A stretch of 64,000 nt of DNA, from positions 49,662,001 to 49,726,000 of the forward strand of contig OZ024746.1 in assembly GCA_964016885.1 (NCBI GenBank), given 5' to 3'. The DNA comes from Eledone cirrhosa. Lineage: Eukaryota. This document shows, piece after piece, positions 1 through 13,506 of the stretch (its first letter is position 1; each line of letters opens with the position of its first letter). Below the pieces are notes generated by a model. That model did no database searches, had not been told where the DNA came from, and was given only the letters and a program-made list of their open reading frames with translations. The position numbers and the translations under genes are program-made.

Positions 1-938
1 GCAGTTATAGGTGGGCTGGGATGTGTGTGTGAGTGTGTTTTGTGCATACTGTTTGTTAGTGGGTGGTTGTGTATTAGGTGTATTATTGTGTTGAGTGATT
101 GGGGTGTTATTGTTACGGAGCTTTTTGGCGTTGGGCATCTTAATGTGTGCGTCTAGGTTTGGTGCAGTGGAATAAGATAGTCTAATTGTTTTGGTATTGA
201 GTATACTACTATATTTAGGTGAATTTGGAAAGTGTTTTCTTATAATTTTGTAGAATGTGGAAGGTAAGTTAGAGCTAATAGAAGAGTTAAACATAGGATT
301 ATACCAAATGTAAGATCTAGTCCGTGTTCTGTTTTGCTTTGATGTTGCTGTTGTATTTGTGGTGTGGTTAGTATTAGGGGGTCTAGGTGCGTGTGTGCGG
401 GTGTTTGTGGGGCGTTTGGCGTGTCTATGGTAATGTGTTTTATGCTTGTGTCGGTCTATGTATTCTAGTTTGTCGGTGTGGCCAGCCCGTTCTAATGCAG
501 TGTTGTAATATTCAGCGTGTTGATAAAATATTTGTTGGTTAGATGAGAGGCCGGATATTCTAAGTGATATACTATGTGACACGGACCTTATAATAGATAG
601 TGGGTGGTTAGAGCTAGTGTGGATGTAGGTGAGGTTCTCATTGTTTTTGTGAAAGGGTGTGATAATTTGGGTGTTGAGGTTGAAGGTGGCATCTAGGAAG
701 TTAACTACTTTGGTACTATATTCGTAGGTGATTTTAAGGCCAAGGCTATCTAGGGTTCTTCTAATGCTCTTACGGGTTCGCTCTATGTTTTGTTTAATCA
801 TGTTTTTAACTAATAGGAGAGCATCATCTCTATATATTCCGCCTTGAAGGTAACTAAATTTATTATGTAAGGTGTGGGCTATGTATATACCAACAATATC
901 CGTAACTTGTGCTGAGTCATTAGCACCCATAGTTATGT
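1..938 (-). mobile_element. Penelope-like element, 3' part of the RT ORF (palm, thumb and linker); open frame running off the window start
   Basis: Manual minus-strand translation has no stops: ITMGANDSAQVTDIVGIYI...GIYRDDALL...VVNFLDATFNL...YIHTSSNHP...YIWYNPMF...IRLSYSTAPN...YNC. YRDD, NFLD and SNHP are PLE RT motifs. It is missing from the ORF track, probably because its stop lies outside the window. Confidence 0.9.
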
Positions 939-1730
939 GGGTTGAACTCCTGTAAAAACCCACCCACTAACCCTCTACTGGACGCCTTTGAACAGGACTT
1001 ACTTAAGATGGTCATGAATACTAAATATAAGAAGTTCAAAACCAATAAGCTTCATAAAGACATAGATACCTTTCTAAACAAGCTGCGCACTACTAACGGG
1101 ATTATTGTCAAAGCGGATAAAACATCTAACGTGTACACAATGGACATTAATACCTACCACGACCTTATACGGAAGGAATTACATAAAAAATATAAGAAAA
1201 CCAATAACCAAGCACTACTTAACATCAACAAACAAGCACACCATATCGTCAAAAGTCTAGAACTTGAAGATAGAACTGAGCCCATGACAACTTGCACCCC
1301 CACCTTTAATCTTAAGGACCACAAATTAGATTTCCTAGATAAACCCACAATTAGATTAATATGCCCTTCGAAGTCAGACATAGGTAAAATTAGCAAGCAT
1401 ATCTTAGATAGAATAATAATACAATTAAGGAATAAACTAGTTATTAAACTTTGGGACAATACTAGCGACACAATTAAATGGTTTAATAGTATAGATAACA
1501 AAAATACCTCTAACTTTATAAAATTCGACATTAATGACTATTACTCCTCCATATCACCCGATACTCTAAACAAGGCACTAGCATTTGCGAAAGCCAACTC
1601 TGACTTAACCGACGACGAAATAAACATTAACCTAGCAGCTAGAAAGACGATAATTAAATTTGAAAATAACTTTTGGGTACGTTAGGATAGAATAGATAAC
1701 TTTGACATAACTATGGGTGCTAATGACTCA
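939..1730 (+). pseudogene. Same Penelope-like element, 5' part of the RT ORF, inverted relative to 1-938; in-frame TAG at 1683-1685
   Basis: ORF 942-1685 has KADKT, LKDHK, RLICPSKSDIGKISK and FDINDYYSSI. Past the stop the frame continues DRIDNFDITMGANDS, which overlaps the start of the minus-strand segment. Confidence 0.9.
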
Positions 1731-3343
1731 AAATAAAACAAAACGAAGCACCCAAATAAAAAAACGGACCCCCCATAAAAAATGGGCACCCAAATAAAAA
1801 ACGGGATACCCAAATAAAAAACGGGGAACCCGAATAAAAATCGGTGCACCCAAATAAAAAAACGGGACACCCAAATAAAAATCGGGGCACCAAAATAAAA
1901 AAAACGGGGCACCCAAATAAAAAAACGGCACCCCCCATAAAAAATAGGCACCCAAATAAAAAACGGGCACCTAAATAAAAAACGAGGCACCCAAATAAAA
2001 AACGGACCCCTCCTATAAAGAACGGGCACCCAAATAAAAAACGGGGTACCGCCATAATAAAAACGGACCCCCCAATAAAGAACGGGGCATCCAAATAAAA
2101 AACGGGGCACCCAAATAAGAAAACGGGACACCCAAATAAAATACGAGGCACCCAAATAAAAAAACAGTGCACCCAAATAAAAAACGGACCCCCCATAAAA
2201 AACGGCCACCCAAATAAAAAACGGGGCACCCAAATAAAAAACGGACCCCCCTCCCATAAAAACGGGCACCCAAATAAAAAACGGGCACCCAAATAAAAAA
2301 CGGGGCAACCAAATAAAAAACGGACCCCCCTCCCATAAAAACGGGCACCCAAATAAAAAACGGGCACCCAAATAAGAAACGGGGCACCCAAATAAAAAAT
2401 GGACCCCCCATAAAAAAACGGGCACCCAAACAAAAAACGGGGCACCCAAATAAAAACACGGGGCACCCAAGTAAAAAAAACGGGGCACCCAAATAAAATA
2501 CGGGGCACTCAAATAAAAACACAGGGCACCCAAATAAAAAACGGGGCACCCAAATAAAAAAACGGGGCACCCAAATAAAAAAACGGACGCCCCCCCAATA
2601 AAAACGGGCATCCAAATAAAAAAGGGGCACCCAAATTAAAAACGGGGCACCCAAATAAAGACGCCCCCCCCCATAAAAAACGGGCACCCAAATAAAAAAA
2701 GGGGCACCCAAATAAAAAAACGAGGCATCCAGATAAAAAACGGGGCACCCACATAAAAAACGGACCCCCCACACTAATAAAGAACGGGGCATCCAAATAA
2801 AATATGGACCCGCCTCCATAAAAAACGGGCACCCAAATAAAAAACGGGTTACCCAAATAAAAAAACGGACGCCCCCATAAAAAAAGGGCACCCAAATAAC
2901 AGACGGGGCACCCAAATAAAAAACGGACCCCCCTCCCATAGAAACGGGCACCCAAATAAAAAACGGTCACCCAAATAAAAAACGGGGCACCCAAATAAAA
3001 AACGGACCCCCCCCCCATAAAAAACGGGCACCCAAATAAAAAAAGGGGCACCCAAATAAAAAACGGGAACCCAAATAAAAATCCGAGCACCCAAATAGAA
3101 AAACGGACCCACCCCCCAATATAAACGGGCACCCAAATAAAAAACGGGGCACCCCCCCAAAAAATAAATCGGACCCCCCCCCCCATAAAAAACGGGCACC
3201 CAAATAAAAAACGGGGCACCCAAATAAAAAACGTACCCCCCCCAATAAAAAATGGGCACCCAAATAAAAAAGGGGCACCCAAATAAAAAACGGGCACCCA
3301 AATAAAAAATGGGGCAGCGAAATAAAAAAACAGGGCACCCAAA
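1731..3343. repeat. ~20-bp minisatellite array, consensus AAATAAAAAACGGGGCACCC with longer ...CGGACCCCCCCATAAAAAACGGG... variants
   Basis: Directly visible tandem units; source of the spurious FFIWVPRFLFGCPVFYLGAP ORFs. Confidence 0.97.
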
Positions 3344-3384
3344 TATATCCGAACCCCTACCGATACTGCCAATTCACCGCCCTT

Positions 3385-3825
3385 ATAATATAACATAATA
3401 TTATATTATGTTATAATATAATATAATATAATATAATATAATATAATATAATATAATATAATATAATATAATATAATATAATATAATATAATATAATATT
3501 ATATTATATTATATTATAATATTATTGTTTCTACTTTAGGCACAAGGCCAGCAATTACCCAGTGCATTACTGGTACTTTACTTTATAGACCCCGTAAGCA
3601 TGAAAGGCAAAGTCAACCTTATTATAATATAATATAATATAATATAATATAATATAATATAATATAATATAATATAATATAATATAATATAATATAATAT
3701 AATATAATATAATATAATATAATATAATATAATATAATATAATATAATATAATATAATATAATATAATATAATATAATATAATATAATATAATATAATAT
3801 TATATTATATTATATTATATTATAA
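3385..3825. repeat. (ATATT/AATAT)n pentamer microsatellite containing one SINE 3' half (3524-3619). Representative of dozens of such tracts up to ~56575; the longest is ~18945-19255.
   Basis: Direct observation; gives the IILYY ORFs. Confidence 0.97.
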
Positions 3826-4043
3826 AGGGTGGTGGATTGGCAGTATCGGTAGAGGGTCGGACGCCATGCTTTCCAGTATAGTTACCTCCCTTTACGGTCT
3901 GAGTTCAAATCCGGCCGAGGTTAACTTTGCCTTTCATCATTACGGGGTCGATAAAATAAAGTACCAGTCACGCACTGGGGTCAATTTAATCGACTTTCCT
4001 CTCCGCCAAAATTGCTGGACTTGTGCCTGTATAAGAAACAATT
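3826..4043 (+). mobile_element. tRNA-derived SINE, long form with an extra ~30-bp segment near the 3' end
   Basis: A-box TGGCAGTATCGG, B-box GTTCAAATCC, core GAGGTTAACTTTGCCTTTCATC...GGGGTCGATAAAATAAAGTACCAG, extra GTCAATTTAATCGACTTTCCTCTCCGCCAA, end ..AGAAACAATT+(ATATT)n. Confidence 0.85.
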
Positions 4044-4080
4044 ATATTATATTATATTATATTATATTATATTATATTAT

Positions 4081-7000
4081 AAGGGCGGTGAATTGGCAAT
4101 ATTGGTAGAGGGTCGGACATGCTTTCCAGCATACCTATGTCCCTTTACGATCTGAGTTCAAATCCCGCCGGGGTTACATTTGACTTTCATCCTTACATGG
4201 TCGATAAGATAAAGTACCAGTAATATACTGGAATAATTGCTGGCCTTGCACCAAAAGTAGAAACAATTATATTATATTATAATATTATATTATAATATTA
4301 TATTATATTATAATATTATATTATAATATTATATTATATATTTGTTTCTACTTTTTGGCACAAGGTCAGCAATTATCCCAGTACATTACTGGCACTTTAT
4401 TTTATCGAACCTGTAAGGATGAAAGGAAAAGTTAACATCGGCGGGAATTGAACTCACATCGTAAAGGGATGTAACTATGCTGCAAAGAATAATCCAACCC
4501 TCTACCGATACTGCCAATTCACCAATATAATATAATATAATATAATATAATATAATATAATATAATATAATATAATATAATTGTTTCTACTTTTGGCACA
4601 AGGCCAGCAATTACCTGGTACTTTATTTTATTGGTACTTTATTTTATCGACCCCGTAAGGGTGAAAGGCAAAGTTAACCTCGGCGGGATTTGAACTCAGA
4701 TCATAAAGGGACATAATTCTATGCGTCAAAGCATGGTGTCCGATCCTCTACCGATACTGCCAATTATATTATATTATGTTATAATATAATATAATATAAT
4801 ATTATATTATATTATAATATAATATTATATTATATTACAATATAATATAATATAATATAATATTATATTATATTATAATATAATATAATATAATATAATA
4901 TAATCGATAAAATAAAGTACCAGTAATGCACAGGTTAATTGCTGGCCTTGTGCCTATAGTAGAAACAATTATATTATATTATATTTATATTATAATATAA
5001 TATAATATAATATAATATAATATAATATAATATAATATAATATAATATAATATAATATAATATAATATAATATAATATAATATTATATTATATTATATTA
5101 TATTTATTATATTATATTATATTATATTATATTATATTATGGTGGATGGCAGTATCGGTACAGAGTTGGACGCCATGCTTTCCAGCATAGTTATGTCCCT
5201 TTTCGATCTGAGTTCAAATCCCGCCGAGGTTGACTTTGCCTTTCATCCTTACGTGATCGATAAAATAAAGTACCAGTAATGAATTGGGTAATTTGCTGGC
5301 CTTGTGCCTAAAGTAGAAACAATTATATTATATTATAATATAATTGATTCTACTTTAGGCACAAGGCCAGCAAACACCCAGTGCATTACTGGTACTTTAT
5401 TTTATCGATCCCGTAAGGATGAAAGGCAAAGTTAACCTCGGCGGGATTTGAACTCAGTCAACCTCATTATAATATGAAATAATATTAAAATATATTATAA
5501 TATAATAAATATTATATTATATTATATAATATATTATATTATATTATATTATATTAAATATTATATTATATTATATAATATATTATATTATATTATATTA
5601 TATTATATTATATTATATTATATTATATTATATTATATTATATTATATTATATTATATTATATTATATTAAGGCGGTGGATTGGCAGTATTGGTAGAGTG
5701 TCGGATGCCATGCTTTGGCGCATAGAGTTACGGCCCTTGCCATTCTGAGTTCAAATCCCGCCGAGGTTATATAGTAATGAGATTGACTTTGTCTTTCATC
5801 CTTACGGGGTCGATAAAATAAAGTACCAGTAATACACTGAGTAATTGCTGGCCTTGTGCCTAACGTAGAAACAATTGTATATTATATTATATTATATTAT
5901 ATTATATTATATTATATTATATTATATTATATTATATTATATTATATTATATTATAAGGGCGGTGAATTGGCAGTATCGGTAGAGGGTCGGACATGTTTT
6001 CCAGCATATTTATGTCCCTTTACGATCTGAGTTCAACTCCTGCCGAGGTTACATTTGCCTTTCATCCTTACAGGGTCGATAAAATAAAGAACCAGTAATA
6101 TATTGGAATAATTGCTGGCCTTGCGCCAGAAGTAGAAACAATTATATTATATTATAATATTATATTATATTATAATATAATATATTATAATATAATATTA
6201 TATTATATTATCATATATTATCATATAATATAATATAATATAATTGTTTCTACTTTTTGGCACAAGGCCAGCAATTATCGAAGTACATTACTGGTACAAT
6301 ATTTTATCAAACCTGTAAGGATGAAAGGGAAAGTTAACCTCGGCGGGAATTGAACTCAGATCGTAAAGGGACGTAACTATGCTGGCAAGCATAATCCAAC
6401 CTTCTACCGATACTGCCAATTCACCAATATAATATAATATAATATAATATAATATAATATAATATAATATAATATAATATAATATAATATAATATAATAT
6501 AATATAATATAATATAATACATTTCCAGCATAATTACGTCTCTTTACGATCTGAGTTCAAATCCCGCCGAGGTTGACTTTGCCTTTCATCCATACGTGGT
6601 CGATAAAATAAAATACAAGTAATGCACTGGGTATTTGCTGGCCTTCTGCCTAAAGTAGAAACAATTATATTATATTATATTTATATTATATTATATTATA
6701 TTATATTATATTATATTATATTATATTATATTATATTATATTATATTATATTATATTATATTATATTATATTATATTATAATATGGTAGATTGGCAGTAT
6801 CGGTGGAGGGTCGGACGCCATGCTTTCCAGCATAGTTACGTCCCTTTACGATCTGAGTTCAAATCCCGCCGAGGTTACCTTTGCCTTTCATCCTTATAGG
6901 GTCGATAAAATAAGTACCAGTAATATACTGGAATAATGGCTGGCCTTGCGCCAGAAGTAGAAACAATTATATTATACTATAGTATATTATAATATAATAT

Positions 7001-7450
7001 TATATTATATTATCATATATTATCATGTAATATAATATAATTGTTTCTGCTTTTTGGCACAAGGCGAGCAATTATCCCAGAACATTAATGGTACTTTATT
7101 TTATCGAACCTGTAAGGATGAAAGGAAAAGTTAACTTCGGCGGGAATTGAACTCGGATCGTAAAGGGATGTAACTATGCTGGAAGGCATAATCCAACCCT
7201 CTACCAATACTGACAATTCACAAATATAATATAATATAATATAATATAATATAATATAATAGTTTCTACTTTTGGCACAATGCCAGCAATTATTCCAGTG
7301 CATTACTGGTACTTTATTTTATCGACCCCGTAAGAATGAAAGGCAAAGTTAACCTCGGCGGGATTTGAACTCAAAATAGCAAGGGCCGTAACTCTATGCG
7401 TCAACGCATGGCGTCCGACCCTCTACTGATACTGCCAATCCACCACCCTT
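4081..7450. mobile_element. Cluster of about 13 SINE copies or fragments in both orientations: + 4081-4268, 4904-4969, 5141-5324, 5671-5876, 5956-6143, 6522-6666, 6785-6968; - 4342-4523, 4579-4764, 5343-5465, 6242-6425, 7039-7221, 7259-7450
   Basis: Repeated ~185-bp unit with Pol III A/B boxes, each embedded in (ATATT)n; coordinates approximate. Confidence 0.9.
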
Positions 7451-7603
7451 ATAATATAATATAATATAATATAATATTATAATATATTATATTATATTAT
7501 ATAATAATATAATATAATTTTATATTATATTACAATATAATATAATATAATATAATATAATATAATATAATATAATATAATATAATATAATATAATATAA
7601 TAT

Positions 7604-8702
7604 AATTGTTTCTACTATTGGCACAAGGCCAGCAATTACCAGCAATATATATATATATTAAAAAAAACGGGACACCCAAATAACAAACGGGGCACCCAAA
7701 TAAAAAACAGGGCACCCAAATAAAAAACGGACCTCCTCCATAAAAAAACGTGCACCCAAATAAAAAATGGACCTCCCATTAAAAAAGGGCACACAAATAA
7801 AAAAAGTGGCACCCAACTAAAAAACAGACTCGACCCCATAAAAAAACGGGCACCCAAATAAGAAACGGGGCACACAAATAAAAAGACGGGGCACTCAAAT
7901 AAAAAAGACGGGGCACCCAAATAAAAAACGGGGCACCCAAACAGGCCCCCGTCCTATAAAAACGGGCACTCAAAGAAAACGGGCACCCGAATAAAAAACG
8001 GGGCACTCAAATCAAAAACGGACTCGACCCCATAAAAAAACGGGCCCCCAAACAAGAAACGGGGCACCCAAATAAGAAACGGGGCACACAAATAAAAAGA
8101 CGGGGCACTCAAATAAAAAAGACGGGGCACCCAAATAAAAAACGGGGCACCCAAACAGGGCCCCCTCCTATAAAAACGGGCACTCAAAGAAAACGGGCAC
8201 CCGAATAAAAAACGGGGCACTCAAATCAAAAACGGACTCAACCCCATAAAAAAACGGGCACCCAAACAAGAAACGGGGCACCCAAATAAAAAGACGGGGC
8301 TCCCAAATAAAAAAGAAGGGGCACCCAATTAAAAAACGGGGCACCCAAATAGAACCCCCCCCCCCCCCCAATAAAAACGTGCACCCAAATAAAGACGCGG
8401 CACCCAAATAAAAAACGGGGCACTCAAATAAAAATCGGGGCACTCAAATCAAAACCGGGCACCCAAATAAAAAACGAGGCACCCAAATAAAAAACGGCGC
8501 ACCCAAATAAAGACGCCCCCCCCCATAAAAACGGGCACCTAAATAATAAACGGGGCACCCGAATAAAAAACGGACCCCCACATAAAAGAAGGGCACCCAA
8601 ATAAAAAACGGGGCACCTAAATAAAAAACGGGGCACCCAAATTAAAAATCGGGGCACCCAAATATATCCGACCCTCTACTGATACTGCCAATTCACCGCC
8701 CT
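7604..8702 (-). mobile_element. Composite cassette: SINE head (~37 bp) + ~1-kb minisatellite + (TA)n + SINE 3' tail
   Basis: Minus strand reads GGGCGGTGAATTGGCAGTATCAGTAGAGGGTCGGATATA-TTTGGGTGCCCCG...(array)...TATATTGCTGGTAATTGCTGGCCTTGTGCCAATAGTAGAAACAATT. The structure is certain; mobility is not shown. Confidence 0.75.
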
Positions 8703-8828
8703 AATAATATAACATAATATTATATTATATTATATTATATTATATTATATTATATTATATTATATTATATTATATTATATTATATTATATTATATTATAT
8801 TATATTATATTATATCATATTATAATAT

Positions 8829-9507
8829 GGTGGATTGGCAGTATCGGTGGAGGGTTGGACGCCATGCTTTCCAGCATAGTTAAGTCCCTTTACGATCTGA
8901 GTTCAAATCCCGCCGAGGTTGACTTTGCCTTTCATCCTTACGGGGTCGATAAAATAAAGTACCAGTAATACACTGAATAATTTGCTGGCATTGTTCCTAA
9001 CGTAGAAACAATTGTATATTATATTATATTATATTATAAGGGCGGTAAAATGGCAGTATCGGTAGAGGGTCGGACATGCTTTCAAGCATACTTATGTCCC
9101 TTTACGATCTGAGTTCAAATCTCGCCGAGGTAAACTTTGCCTTTCATCCTTACGGGGTCGATAAAATAAAGTACCAGTAATATACTGGAATAATTGCTGG
9201 CCTTGCGCCAGAAGTAGAAACAATTATATTATATTATCATATATTATTATATCATATTATATTATAATATTATATATCATAATATAATATTATGTTATCA
9301 TATATTATCATATAATATAATATAAGTGTTTCTACTTTTTGGTACAAGGCCAGCAATTATCCCAGAACATTACTAGTACTTTATTTTATCGAACCTGTAA
9401 GGATGAAAGGAAAAGTTAACCTCGGCGGGAATTGAACTCAGATCGTAAAGGGACGTAACTATGCTGGAAAGCATAATCCAACCCTCTACCAATACTGCCA
9501 ATTCACC
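8829..9507. mobile_element. Three SINEs: + 8829-9013, + 9037-9225, - 9325-9507
   Basis: Match to the local SINE consensus. Confidence 0.9.
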
Positions 9508-9775
9508 AATATAATATAATATAATATAATATATAATAATATAATATAATATTATATTATATTATATTATATTATATTATATTATATTATATTATATTAT
9601 ATTATATTATATTATATTATATTATATTATATTATATTATATTATAAAATATTATATTATATTATATATATATATATTGCTGGTAATTGCTGGGCTTGTG
9701 CCAATAGTAGAAACAATTATATTATATTATATTATATTATATTATATCATAATATAATATAATATGATATAATAT

Positions 9776-12700
9776 AATTGTTTCTACTATTGGCACAAGG
9801 CCAGCAATTACCAGCAATATATATATATATAAAAAGAAAACGGGACACCCAAATAACAAACGGGGCACCCAAATAAAAAAACGGACCTCCCCCATAAAAA
9901 AACGGGCAGCCAAATAAAAAACAAACTACCTCCATAAAAAACGGGCGCCCCCCCCCCCAAACAGGACACCCAAATAACAAACGGGGCACCCAAATAAAAA
10001 ACGGTCCTCCCCCGTAAAAAAACGGGCAGCCAAATAAAAAACAAACTACCTCCATAAAAAACGGGCGCCCCCCCCCCCCCAAACGGGGCACCAAAATAAA
10101 AAACGGGGCACCCAAATAAAAAACAGACACCCCATTAAAAAAGGGCACACAAATAAAAAATGTGGCACCCAAATCAAAAACGGACCCCCCCCCGCATAAA
10201 AACACGGGCACCCAAATAAGATACGGGGCACCCAAATAAAAACACGGGGTACACAAATAAAAAAGACGGGGCACCCAAATAAAAAACGGCGCACCCAAAT
10301 AGAAAAACGGACCCCCCCCCAAAAAAACGGGCACCCAAATAAAAGACGTGGCACCCAAATAAAAAACGGGGCATTCAAATAAAAAACGGACCCCCCCCAT
10401 AAAAAACGGGCACCCAAATAAAAAACGGGGCACCCAATTAAAAAAAAGGCGCACCCAAATAAAAACGCCCCCCCCCCCTATAAAAATGGGCACCCAAATA
10501 AGAAACGGGGCACCTTATTTAAAAAAAAGGGCACCCAAATAAAAAATCGGGGCAACCAAATATATCCGAAACCCCTACTGATACTGCCAATTCACCGCCC
10601 TTATAATATAACATAATATTATATTATATTATATTATAAGGGCGGTGGATTGTCAGTATCGGTAGAGGGTCGGAGGCCATGCTTGCCAGCATAGTTACGT
10701 CTCTTTACGATCTGAGTTCAAATCCCGCCGAGGTTGACTTTGCCTTTCATCCATACGGGGTCGATAAAATAAAGTACCAGTAATGCACTGGGTGTTTGCT
10801 GGCCTTGTGCCTAAAGTAGAAACAATTATATTATATTATATTATATTATATTATATTATATTATATTATATTATATTATATTATATTATATTATATTATA
10901 TTATGGTAGATTGGCAGTATCGGTGGAGGGTCGGACGCCATGCTTTCCAGCATAGTTACGTCCCTTTACGATCTGAGTTCAAATCCCGCCGAGGTTACCT
11001 TTGCCTTTCATCCTTACAGGGTCGATAAAATAAGTACCAGTAATATACAGGAATAATTGCGGGCCTTGCGCCAGAAGTAGAAACAATTATATTATACTAT
11101 AATATATTATAATATAATATTATATTATCATATATTATCATATAATATAATATAATATAATATAATTGTTTCTACTTTTGGCACAAGGCCAGCAATTATT
11201 CCAGTGCATTACTGGTACTTTATTTTATCGACCCCGTAAGAATGAAAGGCAAAGTTAACCTCGGCGGGATTTGAACTCAGAATACAAAGGCCGTAACTCT
11301 ATGCGTCAACGCATGGCGTCCGACCTTCTACTGATACTGCCAATCCACCACCCTTATAATATAATATAATATAATATAATATAATATAATATAATATAAT
11401 ATAATATAATATAATATAATATAATATAATATTATAATATATTATATTATATTATATTATATTATATTATATTATATTATATTATATTATATTATATTAT
11501 ATTATATTATATTATAATATAATATAATTTTATATTATATTACAAAATAATATAATATAATATAATATAATATAATATAATATAATATAATATAATATAA
11601 TATAATATAATATAATTGTTTCTACTATTGGCCTAAGGCCAGCAATTACCAGCAATATATATATATATTAAAAAAAACACCCAAATAACAAACAGGGAAC
11701 CCAAATAAAAAACGGGGCACCCAAATAAAAAACAGGGCACCCAAATAAAAAACGGACCTCCCCCATAAAAAAGGGCACACAAATAAAAAATGTGGCACCC
11801 AAATAAAAAACAGACCCCCCCCCCTCTCCGATAAAAACGGGCACTCAAATAAAACGGGCACCCGAAAAAAAAACGGGGCACTCAAATCAAAAACGGACTC
11901 GACCCCATAAAAAAATGGGCACCCAAATAAGAAACGGGGCACCCAAATAAAAAGACGGGGCACCCAAATAAAAAAGACGGGGCACCCAAATAAAAAACGG
12001 GGCACCCAAATAGAACACCCCCCCCCAATAAAAACGTGCACCCAAATAAAGACGCGGCACCCAAATAAAAAACGGGGCACTCAAATCAAAATCGGGCACC
12101 CAAATACAAAACGAGGCACCCAAATAAAAAAACGGCGCACCCAAATAAAGACGCCCCCACCATAAAAACGGGCACCCAAATAATAAAGGGGGCACCCAAA
12201 TAAAAAACGGACCCCCACATGAAAAATGGGCACCCAAATAAAAAACGGGGCACCTAAATAAAAAACGGGGCACCCAAATTAAAAATCGGGGCACCCAAAT
12301 ATATCCGACCTCCTACTGATACTGCCAATTCACCGCCCTAATAATATAACATAATATTATATTATATTATATTATATTATGTTATATTATTAGGGCGGTG
12401 AATTGGCAGTATCGGTAGAGGGTCGGACATGCTTTCCAGCATAGTTACGTCGCCTTACGATCTGAGTTCAAATCCTGCCGAGGTTAACTTTGCCTTTCAT
12501 CCTTACGGGGTCGATAAAATAAAGTACCAGTAACGTACTGGGTAATTGCTGGCCTTGTGCCAAATGTAGAAACAATTATATTATATTATATTATATTATA
12601 TTATATTATATTATATTATATTATAATATAATATAATATAATATAATAATATAATATGGTGGATTGGCAGTATCGGTGGAGGGTTGGACGCCATTCTTTC

Positions 12701-13506
12701 CAACATAGTTACGTCCCTAAGGGACGTAACTATGCTGGAAAGCATAATCCAACCATCTACCAATACTGCCAATTCACCAATATAATATAATATAATATAA
12801 TATAATATAATATTATATTATATTATATTATATTATATTATAATATAATATAATATAATATAATATAATATAATATAATATAATATAATTGTTTCTACTA
12901 TTGGCACAAGGCCAGCAATTACCAGCAATATATATATATATAAAAAAAAAGGGACACCCAAATAACAAACGGGGCACCCAAATAAAAAACGGGGCACCCA
13001 AATAAAAAACGGACCCCCATTAAAAAAGGGCACACAAATAAAAAATGTGGCACCCAAATAAAAAAACGGACCCCACTTCTATAAAAACGGGCACCCAAAT
13101 TGAAAACGGGCACCCGAATAGAAAACGGGGCACCTAAATCAGAAACGGACACCCCCCCTATAAAAAAACGGGCACCCAAATAAGAAACGGGGCACCCAAA
13201 TAAAAACACGGGGCACCCAAATAAAAAAGACGGGGCACCCAAATAAAAAACGGTGCAGCCAAATAGAAAAACGGAACCCCCCAATGAAAAACTGGCACCC
13301 AAATAAAAAACGGGCCTTCCAAATTAAAAAATATGCGAACTCAAATATAGACGCCACGCCCCCCCATAAAAAACGGGGACCCAAATAAAAAACCGACCCC
13401 CCTCATAATAAATGGGCTCCCAAATAAAAAACGCGGCACCCAAATAAAAAAACGGGGCACCCAAATATATCCGACCCCGTACCGATACTGCCAATTCACC
13501 GCCCTT
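9776..13506 (-). repeat. Composite head-VNTR-tail cassettes at 9776-10602, 11614-12338 and 12887-13506, with intervening full SINEs (+10638, +10904, -11164, +12392)
   Basis: Same head and tail junctions as 7604-8702, with different VNTR content. Confidence 0.8.
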
